This document shows positions 1 through 8,923 of a stretch of 32,000 nucleotides of DNA, one piece after another. The notes under the pieces are model-generated. The model had not been told where the DNA came from, ran no database searches, and worked only from the letters and a program-made list of their open reading frames with translations. This stretch comes from an uncultured archaeon. Lineage in GTDB: Archaea > Asgardarchaeota > Thorarchaeia > Thorarchaeales > Thorarchaeaceae. Position 1 is the stretch's first letter; every line of letters starts with the position of its first letter. Position numbers and translations under genes: made by a program. The DNA lies in assembly GCA_964354495.1 (NCBI GenBank), contig CAYHAA010000013.1:1-32000 (forward strand), written 5' to 3'.

Positions 1-255
1 AACGTCCCATATGTACCGCTGTACCTGTCAGACGACACACATGCGATGAGGAAAGAATGGGTCAACTTTACGACTCCAGCAGGAGGGCCCTTCACATCTT
101 TCAACATTCGAAGCATGGTCTTCATGTACGATGAAGAGTTTGGTCAGACCACCACAACAACAGGAGGTGTTGACATGCTCCTTCTGGTGGGTGTCGGTGC
201 GGGAGCTCTAATCGTGGGTGTCATCATCACATACCTCTTCACGCGGCGTAAGTAG
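1..255 (+). CDS. dppA: C-terminal end of a family 5 (peptide/nickel) ABC solute-binding protein with Thr-rich linker and C-terminal TM anchor (5' partial)
   Basis: Frame 1 is open from base 1 (NVPYVPLYLSDDTHAMRKEWVNF...), resembling the family 5 SBP C-terminus. It ends TTTTT-GG, a hydrophobic helix and RRK, as in archaeal SBPs, and lies directly upstream of dppBCDF. Confidence 0.8.
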   Translation, partial: NVPYVPLYLSDDTHAMRKEWVNFTTPAGGPFTSFNIRSMVFMYDEEFGQTTTTTGGVDMLLLVGVGAGALIVGVIITYLFTRRK

Positions 256-270
256 TTCAAACACAATTGG

Positions 271-305
271 GGGACCATGTTGGTCCCTCTTCTCTCTTTT
301 TCAGA
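271..305 (+). terminator. Hairpin plus pyrimidine/T tract after the SBP gene
   Basis: gggacca-tgt-tggtccc (271-287) followed by tcttctctctttttc. Confidence 0.6.
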
Positions 306-400
306 ATCAAGTCCGGACCAGTGAATCTTACTTATTCCGATACCCTTTAAGGCGGGGAGGCTTATCGAAACAGGATATTGACAGTCAGGGGTTAGGATGA

Positions 401-1393
401 TTGTCGACAAGAACACACACAAGCACCTGGAGATACATCGGGAAGAGACTAGTTCAGACTTTGATCATTTGGTTCATCATCATCACATTGAACTTCATCA
501 TTTTCAGAGTGATGCCGGGGGACCCGAGACAAGCTCTTCTCCATGAAGGATTGTCACCAGAACTGCGCATCGCTCTAGCTGAAAGATTTGGCCTTGACAG
601 ACCGTTGCTAGAGCAATACTGGCTCTATCTCGTTAATCTGTTTCGCGGAGATCTTGGCTATTCCTTCTCTCATTTCAATGAGCCGGTAATGCAGACGATT
701 TTCGGCTATAGATTCATGAATACGGTCATACTCATGGGTACGTCTATTGTAATCTCAACAATCATTGGAATGGTCATTGGCGTTGTGGCCGCTGCTAAGC
801 GTGATTCCCTTGTCGACACTGGCTCGACAGTTGTTTTCCTGGTAGCGTATGCTCTCCCGGTATTCTGGATTGGAATCCTGATCTTGTACTACTTTGGCTA
901 TACATGGAACATCTTACCGCTTTCCGGAACCATCACGGACGGAGTCGTCCATACCAACATATTCTCCTACATGGCAGACTATCTCAGGCATATGACCGGC
1001 CCTCTGATTGTCCTTACACTCTCGTTCATCGGCGGATTCTATCTCATAATGCGCGATACGGTGCTCGATGTTTTCACTCAAGACTACATACTCGCCGCTA
1101 GAGCAAAGGGACTCAAGGAGAGAACTATCCTGTTCAGACATGCCATGAGAAATGCCATGCTTCCTATGGTCAGTGTCATTGCGGTGGAGCTGCCCTATCT
1201 CATAAGCGGTGCAATGATGACAGAATTTGTATTCAGCTGGAGTGGACTGGGATTACTCACCTACAACTCTGTTCTGTCTGTGGACTATCCTGTTTTGCAA
1301 GGCATCTTTCTCTTCCTCGCAACTATCACAGTCTTCTCGAATTTGGCAGCTGATATTATCTATCTGTACTTGGACCCCAGAATCAGATACTAG
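401..1393 (+). CDS. dppB: Peptide ABC transporter permease, DppB/OppB family
   Basis: N-terminal MPGDP, FGLDRPLLEQY and GDLGYS; EAA-loop region YILAARAKGL; HAMRNA; TEFVFSWSGLG; LDPRIRY ending. TTG start. Confidence 0.95.
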   Translation: MSTRTHTSTWRYIGKRLVQTLIIWFIIITLNFIIFRVMPGDPRQALLHEGLSPELRIALAERFGLDRPLLEQYWLYLVNLFRGDLGYSFSHFNEPVMQTIFGYRFMNTVILMGTSIVISTIIGMVIGVVAAAKRDSLVDTGSTVVFLVAYALPVFWIGILILYYFGYTWNILPLSGTITDGVVHTNIFSYMADYLRHMTGPLIVLTLSFIGGFYLIMRDTVLDVFTQDYILAARAKGLKERTILFRHAMRNAMLPMVSVIAVELPYLISGAMMTEFVFSWSGLGLLTYNSVLSVDYPVLQGIFLFLATITVFSNLAADIIYLYLDPRIRY

Positions 1394-1407
1394 AAGGAGA
1401 AAAGAAC

Positions 1408-2952
1408 ATGACTGTTGGCGTCCAAAATCCCGAACCCATTGAAACGAAGAACTCAGTGAGAATGCAATCGAGGAGGAATCCACTGCATGTAAGAATTGTC
1501 TCCATTGGCGCTTTCCTATTGTTGGCAATTACCTTCTTTGTCATTCTGGACCTATTTGTGAATGTACTTGTAGACGGACTTGCTTATGCCAACGCTGGGT
1601 TTGATCAAGCTACAAGCTCCCTGATTTCGCTCACGATTCGTCTTGCTTCGCTGATAGCGCTTCTTGTATCCTTCGTTGCTAGTGCTCTTGGACGCAAGTT
1701 GTACATGCATCGCGTCGGCAGAATAATGCTAAAACTCCTGATGGCTGGTATTTGTTTGCTAGTGCTCTTCGCTTTCAATATCGGAGGGGGCTTGCTTCTC
1801 ATATTCGGCCTATTCCTCTGGACTCCCAAGATTACTGTCAATTGGTCCCGTCGCAACCTCACGGTTTACCGGGCATGTATTGTCGGAAGCATTAGTATCA
1901 TCATGCTTGCAGAGTTGATGTTGACATCAGCAACTATTGGGGTGACATTGCTTCCTCGGTTTCTGAATCTGTCACTTGGTCAGATTGCAGCATCTGCTGG
2001 TCAGGCATGGATGTCGATAATCCCGCTCTTCCTCGTGTTTCCGCTCTATCTTCTCCTGCCCAGACTTGTTTTCGAGCTGTGGAACTACAGGCCGAGAATC
2101 GAATCATTCTGGATAGAGTTTCTACATCAGCCGCTTGGTATGGTGGGCATAATCATTATAGGAACAATTGTCGCGATCTCGTTACTGGCTCCTGTTCTTG
2201 CACCATACCATTGGAGCCAAGGTTCGCTCGAAATCGAGGATTTGCTTCAACCCCCAAGCCCAGAGCACCCTCTTGGTACCAATCAGCGTGGAGAAGACAT
2301 CTACAGCAGGCTGCTTTATGCTGGTCAAATATCCCTTCTTGTTGGATTCACAGCCAGCATCGTGGCTGTACTCATGGGAACAACTGTCGGACTAATCTCA
2401 GGTTACTCTGGCGGTTTGATCGACTCAGTCTTGATGAGAATCACAGATGTGTTCCTGTGTCTGCCAACGCTACCTTTGATGCTGATATTTCTCGTCCTCT
2501 TTGGCCAAGGCTTACAGAATGTCATATTCGTTATAGCAATACTAGGCTGGACGGGAACGGCAAGAATGGTGAGAAGCGAAGCACTCTCTCTAAGAGAGCG
2601 TCCTCTGACAGAGGCGGCACATGCACTTGGTGCTAGTGATGCATACATCATCTTGCATCATGTCATGCCGAATACGCTCCCTCTCATCCTTGCCAACATG
2701 ATTCTGGGCGTAGTGAATGCCATCCTCAATGAGGCAGGAATTGCATTTCTCGGATTCGTTGATATTCACGGCCAGCCCAGCTGGGGAATTATCTTGCACT
2801 GGGCATGGAAGAATGCAGCACTCCTCGCGAATCGATGGTGGTGGTTCATTCCGCCGGGTCTCCTAATCATGCTCACAACTTTGGGCTTCGTGTTCATTAG
2901 CCACGCAACAGACAAGGTCATCAACCCTCGGCTCAGAAAAAGGAGGCAATAG
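1408..2952 (+). CDS. dppC: Peptide ABC transporter permease, DppC/OppC family, with a long extra N-terminal membrane domain
   Basis: C-terminal part has HPLGTNQRGEDI, GYSGG..D..LMRITD, EAAHALGASD, PSWG and WWWFIPPG. The first ~230 aa are additional hydrophobic helices. Confidence 0.92.
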   Translation: MTVGVQNPEPIETKNSVRMQSRRNPLHVRIVSIGAFLLLAITFFVILDLFVNVLVDGLAYANAGFDQATSSLISLTIRLASLIALLVSFVASALGRKLYMHRVGRIMLKLLMAGICLLVLFAFNIGGGLLLIFGLFLWTPKITVNWSRRNLTVYRACIVGSISIIMLAELMLTSATIGVTLLPRFLNLSLGQIAASAGQAWMSIIPLFLVFPLYLLLPRLVFELWNYRPRIESFWIEFLHQPLGMVGIIIIGTIVAISLLAPVLAPYHWSQGSLEIEDLLQPPSPEHPLGTNQRGEDIYSRLLYAGQISLLVGFTASIVAVLMGTTVGLISGYSGGLIDSVLMRITDVFLCLPTLPLMLIFLVLFGQGLQNVIFVIAILGWTGTARMVRSEALSLRERPLTEAAHALGASDAYIILHHVMPNTLPLILANMILGVVNAILNEAGIAFLGFVDIHGQPSWGIILHWAWKNAALLANRWWWFIPPGLLIMLTTLGFVFISHATDKVINPRLRKRRQ

Positions 2953-2956
2953 GAAC

Positions 2957-3934
2957 ATGGCTGTTCTAGAAGTCAACGATTTGGCTACCTACTACCAACT
3001 TGGAAAAGAAGTGGTCAAGGCAGTTGATGGAGTGACGTTCAATATTGACAGCAAAAGAACACTTGGTCTAGCAGGAGAATCAGGATGCGGGAAAACAACG
3101 ACAGCCTATAGCATTCTGAGAATCCTCCCAGAAAATGGAAGTATTGTCCGAGGCAGTATCAAACTTGGAGGCCAAGAGCTGACGAAGCTAACTGACGAAG
3201 AAATGAGGGCAGTACGGTGGAAGAAGGCGTCAATTGTATTTCAATACGCAATGAATGCCTTTAACCCGGTTCTCCGCATAGGACGTCAGATTGTGGAGGT
3301 AATCCGAGAGAAGGACGAAGTAAGTGAAGAAGAGGCGATCATGACCGTATCTACTCTGTTCGATGAAGTTGGAATCAAGCCAGAGCGCCAAAGTGATTAT
3401 CCGCACGAGTTCTCAGGGGGAATGCTACAAAGAGCCATCATTGCTCAGGCTCTCGCATGTGATCCACAGCTTATCATTGCTGATGAGCCCGTTACTGCTT
3501 TAGATGTCATAGTTCAGAACAAGATACTGGACTTGCTTCGAAAGCTCCAAGAGAAATACAGTCTGGGAGTCCTGTTCATTACTCATGATTTGTCTGTGGT
3601 TGCCGAGAACTGCCATGATGTCGGAATCATGTACGCTGGCAACCTCGTCGAATTGGGACGCGCTGAGGAAGTGTTCAAGGGAAGTCTCCACCCATACACC
3701 TTCAAACTCATTGGTGCTTTCCCTAGTATCGTCGGCCCAAAGAAGCGTCTCCACTTCATACCTGGTAATCCACCGAATTTCCTCAACTTGCCACAAGGAT
3801 GCCGTTTCAACCCTCGATGCCCCTTCGCTCAGGATATTTGCAGAAGTGAACTTCCAGAACTTCGGGAAATCAATGATGGACACTTTGCAAAGTGTCACTT
3901 CGCTGGAGAGCTTGACTTCACGGAGGAAGGATAG
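2957..3934 (+). CDS. dppD: Peptide ABC transporter ATP-binding subunit (DppD/OppD)
   Basis: Walker A GESGCGKT, signature FSGGMLQR, Walker B IIADEP, H-loop ITHD, HPYT, C-terminal GCRFNPRC..C..C cluster. Confidence 0.95.
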   Translation: MAVLEVNDLATYYQLGKEVVKAVDGVTFNIDSKRTLGLAGESGCGKTTTAYSILRILPENGSIVRGSIKLGGQELTKLTDEEMRAVRWKKASIVFQYAMNAFNPVLRIGRQIVEVIREKDEVSEEEAIMTVSTLFDEVGIKPERQSDYPHEFSGGMLQRAIIAQALACDPQLIIADEPVTALDVIVQNKILDLLRKLQEKYSLGVLFITHDLSVVAENCHDVGIMYAGNLVELGRAEEVFKGSLHPYTFKLIGAFPSIVGPKKRLHFIPGNPPNFLNLPQGCRFNPRCPFAQDICRSELPELREINDGHFAKCHFAGELDFTEEG

Positions 3935-3936
3935 AC

Positions 3937-4914
3937 ATGACAGACAACATTCTTGAAGTCCGCGAATTGCAGAAATGGTTCTCGGTGCGCTCAGGCTTGT
4001 TTTCATTCAGGAAAGAACAGAAATACGTGAAGGCAGTGGATAATGTAAGCTTCGATGTTGAAAGAGGAGGCTCAATCGCAATCGCTGGCGAATCAGGTTG
4101 CGGGAAGACAACCTTAGCAAGAACCATTCTGAGACTTGTCGAACCCACAGGAGGGAATGCCTATTTCGAGGGAGAGAATATCTTCAAGATGAACAGGGCT
4201 GAGCTATCCCGATTTCGACTTAAGATGCAGCTCATTTTTCAAAATCCTTTCGAGGTTCTTGATCCAAGACACAAAATAGAGGACCTCGTCAGCGAAGGCC
4301 TTGTCATCCACCACGTAGAGGAAAGCGAGGAAACACTACATGATAGAGTAATTCGAGCCCTTGAAGACGTGAGACTCGTTCCGGCAGAGGACTTTGCTCG
4401 GAGATATCCACATGAATTGTCTGGCGGGCAACTACAGCGAGTAGCCGTAGCGAGAACGTTGATTCTTGAGCCAAAGCTGATCATAGCTGATGAGCCCACC
4501 TCGATGCTGGACGCGAGCATTAGAACGGAAGTCATGAACCTCATGACTGACCTGCAAAAAGAAAGAGGCTTGACATACATATTCATAACGCACGACTTAG
4601 CCCAGGCCAGGTATATCGGGGACTACCTGATTGTGATGTACCTTGGTCGCATCGCAGAGATGGGGCCAATAGAGGAAGTGATTCAGAATCCGCAACATCC
4701 GTATTCGAAGGCACTAGTCTCGAACATTCCAATTCCTGATCCGACCATCAAGAGAGAACGGATTATGCTGCCCGGAGAAACCCCGACTCCAATCGATCTA
4801 CCTCCCGGCTGTCGCTTCAAGCCCAGATGTCAGGAGTTTGGAACGCAGTGTAAGGATGATGAACCTCAACTAGTGGAGGTGTCTGAGAAGCACTTTGTAG
4901 CCTGTTGGAACTAA
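3937..4914 (+). CDS. dppF: Peptide ABC transporter ATP-binding subunit (DppF/OppF)
   Basis: [43 protein letters not shown]. Second ATPase of the operon. Confidence 0.95.
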   Translation: MTDNILEVRELQKWFSVRSGLFSFRKEQKYVKAVDNVSFDVERGGSIAIAGESGCGKTTLARTILRLVEPTGGNAYFEGENIFKMNRAELSRFRLKMQLIFQNPFEVLDPRHKIEDLVSEGLVIHHVEESEETLHDRVIRALEDVRLVPAEDFARRYPHELSGGQLQRVAVARTLILEPKLIIADEPTSMLDASIRTEVMNLMTDLQKERGLTYIFITHDLAQARYIGDYLIVMYLGRIAEMGPIEEVIQNPQHPYSKALVSNIPIPDPTIKRERIMLPGETPTPIDLPPGCRFKPRCQEFGTQCKDDEPQLVEVSEKHFVACWN

Positions 4915-4922
4915 TGTAAAAC

Positions 4923-4958
4923 TCTGGAGGGCACCCAAGTACTGGGATGTCCTCCAGA
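4923..4958. terminator. GC-rich hairpin between convergent genes (probable bidirectional terminator)
   Basis: Arms tctggagg (4923-4930) and cctccaga (4951-4958), with an inner ccca/tggg stem. Sits between the dppF stop (4914) and the small minus-strand ORF stop (4985). Confidence 0.55.
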
Positions 4959-4984
4959 TATTTGGCTTCATAGCAAAAGATTCA

Positions 4985-5152
4985 CTAGAGGTCTACTGGT
5001 CGGCAGAGGTAGTCTTTATTGGTAGCTGCTCGCCCGCAGACTTCACAGATGTACTTTGGATTCTTTACTCGTTCTCGCATCTTTGCTACATTATTGTGCT
5101 TTGCAAACTCACACATGTGTTCTTTATGTTCACTCAACTCTGATACCTCCAT
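4985..5152 (-). CDS. Small 55-aa Cys/His putative metal-binding protein (below the ORF-track cutoff)
   Basis: My translation: MEVSELSEHKEHMCEFAKHNNVAKMRERVKNPKYICEVCGRAATNKDYLCRPVDL*. Contains HxC, CxxCGR and LCxP. AT-rich box (minus strand cttattaaag) about 30 nt upstream of the ATG. Confidence 0.75.
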   Translation of the reverse strand: MEVSELSEHKEHMCEFAKHNNVAKMRERVKNPKYICEVCGRAATNKDYLCRPVDL

Positions 5153-5370
5153 GAGTGTCCTAAGGAGGATTGAGGTCTTTAATAAGGATTAGGACTTGCT
5201 CAAGCATCATAGACTCTACGTCTGTGTTTCTGACTGCTCTTAGAAGAAGTAGAAGCGCGGACACGCAACGGATAGAATCAGCCCGATAGATAAAAACGTT
5301 CTATGAGCAAAGATATATCAAAGAGCAGTTTCTCAATTCTACGCAGTCACACAGGAGAGTTGGCTTAATT

Positions 5371-6375
5371 ATGACAGTTCGTGTAGCAATCAATGGGTTT
5401 GGAAGGATAGGTCGCGGTTTTCTTCGCGCGGTCCTAACGAAGAAAGGGTTCGACATTGTGGCAACAAATGATCTCACTACTGAATCAACCCTTGCTCACT
5501 TGATGAAATATGATACAGTGATGGGGCGTTTCGACGGTACCGTTGAGGCAGGTAAGGGTTCAATCACAGTCAATGGTGATGAAATCAAGGTACTCTCTGA
5601 GAAAGACCCCGCGAAGCTTCCATGGAAGGAACTCGGTATTGACATTGTCATTGAGTCGACCGGGCTCTTCACCAAACGGGAAGATGCTGAGAAGCACATT
5701 ACGGCGGGTGCAAGGAAGGTCATTGTGAGTGCACCCGGCAAGGGAGAGATGCTTACAATCGTGCCAGGAGTCAACGAGCATGACTATGATCCTGCAAAAC
5801 ACAACGTTATATCCAATGCATCCTGCACAACCAACTGTTTGGCTCCAATGGTCAAGGTCGTCGATGAGGCCTTCGGGATCGTGCAAGGTTTCATGACCAC
5901 AATCCACGCAGTGACGAATGACCAGGTCATGTTGGATGGGCCTCATAAAGATCTTAGAAGAGCAAGAGCTGCCTGCTGGAATATAGTTCCGACTAGCACC
6001 GGAGCTGCAAAAGCGATTGGTCTTGTCTATCCTAAGGCTGCAGGAAAGCTCAACGGAATAGCTCTCCGGGTTCCTGTGATGGATGCATCCATCGTTGATT
6101 TGAACGTCGTTGTGGAGAAACCTGTGGACATTGATACTGTCAATGGTGCGTTCAAGAAGGCATCGAAGCAGGGCAGTCTTGCTCCATACTTGGCTTATGT
6201 CGACGAACCACTCGTTTCGTCAGACTTCATCAATGACCCTCATTCATGTTCATTCGACTCGTTGCTCACGATGACTCAGGGCAACATGATTAAGGTTCTC
6301 GGATGGTATGATAACGAAGCGGGCTACAGTCACCGACTTGCCGATCTTGCCTATGTGATTGGCAAGAAGATGTAG
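5371..6375 (+). CDS. gap: Glyceraldehyde-3-phosphate dehydrogenase, type I (bacterial/eukaryotic class), probably NAD-dependent
   Basis: INGFGRIGR, NDL, catalytic ASCTTNCLAP, S-loop DGPHKDLRRARAA, WYDNE. RBS aggagag. Confidence 0.97.
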   Translation: MTVRVAINGFGRIGRGFLRAVLTKKGFDIVATNDLTTESTLAHLMKYDTVMGRFDGTVEAGKGSITVNGDEIKVLSEKDPAKLPWKELGIDIVIESTGLFTKREDAEKHITAGARKVIVSAPGKGEMLTIVPGVNEHDYDPAKHNVISNASCTTNCLAPMVKVVDEAFGIVQGFMTTIHAVTNDQVMLDGPHKDLRRARAACWNIVPTSTGAAKAIGLVYPKAAGKLNGIALRVPVMDASIVDLNVVVEKPVDIDTVNGAFKKASKQGSLAPYLAYVDEPLVSSDFINDPHSCSFDSLLTMTQGNMIKVLGWYDNEAGYSHRLADLAYVIGKKM

Positions 6376-6444
6376 AACACAGTGAAAAGGACCCCTCGAG
6401 AGAAGAGGGGTCATCTCTTGTTGTTCTCCACAGAGAGTAGTGGG

Positions 6445-7434
6445 ATGATTTGTCTCATGGAACCAATCAGCAGTATCGACAGTTCAAGCAACCAGCTCTA
6501 CTTCAGGGGACTGAATGCTGTCAGACTGGCGAGAGAGCAGGACTACGAGTCGGCTTTATTTCTTCTGGTCCATGGGCAACTTCCAACAGGTAGGCAACAC
6601 CATTCAATAGGACAACGACTAGTCAAGCTGAGAGATCTCTACAAGCCGAAGATGGATTCGATTGAGAGTCTGGTGAAAGCACTCCAGTCAATACTTGATG
6701 AGTATCACCTTCCACTAGAGGACCTACTTCTTGCGTTTGTGGCACTTGCCCCTCTCGCTCTCAGCAATCAATTGGCTGCATCGAGAAGCAGGAGAATGAA
6801 TAACCAGAATGAAGACTTGGGACATGCTGCAAATCTGCTATGGATGACGAGCGGCGAAATACCATTAGAGGAAGAAATCAAGGAGTTCGACACATGCTTG
6901 ATTCTCCACATGGATGATCCTGACAATCCCTCACTCAAAGCCCTTCACGCGTCCCTTCAGTCAGGAGCTTCTGTTCCCAGTGCGCTTGAATCAGCACTTG
7001 CAGAGCATGTCAAGCCAAGCCATCACGGAGCAGGTCTGGAGGTGATGAGAATGATTTCTGCTATTGGCAATAAGGACAACACTTCTGAGTATCTGAGAAA
7101 GCGATTGAACTCAGGTCAGAAGATACCCGGCCTTGGTCATAGAATATACCGGGAAATTGACCCGCGCGCTGTTGTGCTTCGTGAGATTTCAGGCCAAAGA
7201 ACTAGGGGAACCGGGGAGGAGGAGCTCTTCAGAATAGCTGAAGAAGTGGCAGAACGAGGTAGCTCTCTTCTTCATGAGCACAAAGGAATCAAGGCGTATC
7301 CCAATGTTGACCTGTACAATGCGTTGACCTACCACACTTTCGGGTTTCCGCCAGAATTGAACACCGAGCTATTCGCAGTATCAAGGGCTGCTGGTTGGAT
7401 GGCACACGTCCTGGAATGGCAGCAACACTCGTAG
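6445..7434 (+). CDS. Citrate synthase-family protein, divergent
   Basis: ISSID..NQLYFRG, PSHHGAG, GLGHRIY..DPR, YPNVDLY, FAVSRAAGW. Start uncertain (GTG 6382, ATG 6445 or ATG 6457). Confidence 0.8.
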   Translation: MICLMEPISSIDSSSNQLYFRGLNAVRLAREQDYESALFLLVHGQLPTGRQHHSIGQRLVKLRDLYKPKMDSIESLVKALQSILDEYHLPLEDLLLAFVALAPLALSNQLAASRSRRMNNQNEDLGHAANLLWMTSGEIPLEEEIKEFDTCLILHMDDPDNPSLKALHASLQSGASVPSALESALAEHVKPSHHGAGLEVMRMISAIGNKDNTSEYLRKRLNSGQKIPGLGHRIYREIDPRAVVLREISGQRTRGTGEEELFRIAEEVAERGSSLLHEHKGIKAYPNVDLYNALTYHTFGFPPELNTELFAVSRAAGWMAHVLEWQQHS

Positions 7435-7592
7435 TCAATGTCAGCAGCACTTTATGTCCAAGACATAGAAGACATATGAGTGAAGGTTATCTTGTGATAC
7501 CTCCTATCAATTGTACGATACCATATTCAATGAATGGATGCGTCAAGGGTGCGACTCCTTGATTTGATCAATTCAGTAGGAAGTGACAATCG

Positions 7593-7952
7593 TTGAGAAA
7601 GGGATCTTTGGGACTTGGAATAGGGATGTTGGTGATAGGGGGTTGCTTCTTCGTCATGTCGATGCTCATGATAACCAACATCACACTCCCCTTCGATTGG
7701 ATCATGTGGGCCATCTGCCTCACGATTGGTATTGCCCTTGTTTCTCTAGGTCCTGGCATTATAGCATGGGCCTTTGTCAGCAAGCATCAAGCAACCTACG
7801 AGGTGGGGCAATGGCAGGTCATCCAGCTCCCAAGAACATGCCCCGAATGCAAGCAGGCTTTAGAGATTCATAGCTTGGAATGGATTGGGCATGAGGAAGC
7901 TCGATGCCCGTTTTGTTCGAGTCAAATCCAAATCCGGAAGAGCATTGTCTAG
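7593..7952 (+). CDS. Two-TM membrane protein with C-terminal zinc ribbon
   Basis: Two hydrophobic segments, then CPEC-x17-CPFC. TTG start preceded by aggaagtga. Confidence 0.75.
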   Translation: MRKGSLGLGIGMLVIGGCFFVMSMLMITNITLPFDWIMWAICLTIGIALVSLGPGIIAWAFVSKHQATYEVGQWQVIQLPRTCPECKQALEIHSLEWIGHEEARCPFCSSQIQIRKSIV

Positions 7953-7957
7953 TCACT

Positions 7958-8857
7958 TCAGAGCTGCCAATCCTTGATTGAATCAATTACCGACAGGCGT
8001 TCTGAATCACTTAGCCTGTGAATAGGAGGGCGGCAGAGTCCACCAACAAGTCCAACGTGGTCCATCGCAGCCTTCACAACTGGAACATTATTCGCGGCAC
8101 CATGTTCTTCGCGCAAGAACTCGAGATCGCTTGTCTTCTCTTGTATGGCCATTGCTGTTTGGTAGTCACCCTTGCTCAGGGCAACATGCATTTGCTTCGT
8201 CATCTTAGGCGCAAAATTCCCGAGACCACTTGTGAACGCTTTCGCACCTGCCAACCAGAAGAATGGGGCAAAACGTTCAGCTGTACCGCACGACCAGACT
8301 ACCTTGTGTCCCAGTTTTTGAACTGATTGAGAGAAGTCCACAATGCGGCCGAACGCATACTTCACACCTACAAGATTCTCATATTCAAACAGCTTTGCCA
8401 ATACAGCATCTGAGAGAAGCGGCCCTTTCTTGTAGAGGACGACATTCATCTTCCCAGAGGCATCAAGGAGAGCTCTATAGTAGGCGAGTACTCCTTCCTC
8501 TGATGCGAACACGTGTTGAGGATACATGACCATGACAGCAGGGATCCCGAGGTCTCTTGCATTCCCTATCTGTGAGATAGCAGTCTTGGTTGAATGACCA
8601 ATACCGGACATCACAGCAATCCGGTCCCCTGAGGCCTCGACTGCGGACCTCAAGACCTCAAACCACTCAAGCTCTGAGAGTGAATAGAACTCTCCTGTAT
8701 TGCCGTTGGGAATTATCATCGGCACTCCATGCTTGACCAGGAATTCGATGTTACTAGAGACTCCATCCACATCGACCTGCGACAGGTCTTTACTGAATGG
8801 AGTAACAGTAGTCACTGAGAATCCACTCAGGGCTTTCTTGAATTTCTGAGAGTCCAT
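7958..8857 (-). CDS. DapA/NAL/KdgD-family class I aldolase/dehydratase
   Basis: VTPF, GNTGEF, conserved Tyr (VVLY), Schiff-base Lys (VGVKY). Start chosen at MDSQK because GAGGTGA precedes it; the ORF track extends to 8899. Confidence 0.9.
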   Translation of the reverse strand: MDSQKFKKALSGFSVTTVTPFSKDLSQVDVDGVSSNIEFLVKHGVPMIIPNGNTGEFYSLSELEWFEVLRSAVEASGDRIAVMSGIGHSTKTAISQIGNARDLGIPAVMVMYPQHVFASEEGVLAYYRALLDASGKMNVVLYKKGPLLSDAVLAKLFEYENLVGVKYAFGRIVDFSQSVQKLGHKVVWSCGTAERFAPFFWLAGAKAFTSGLGNFAPKMTKQMHVALSKGDYQTAMAIQEKTSDLEFLREEHGAANNVPVVKAAMDHVGLVGGLCRPPIHRLSDSERLSVIDSIKDWQL

Positions 8858-8923
8858 GCTGTCACCTCGTTCGTAGCAACTGCTACAAGTCTGACACATA
8901 TATGCAACGTTTGAGGCCAGGTC

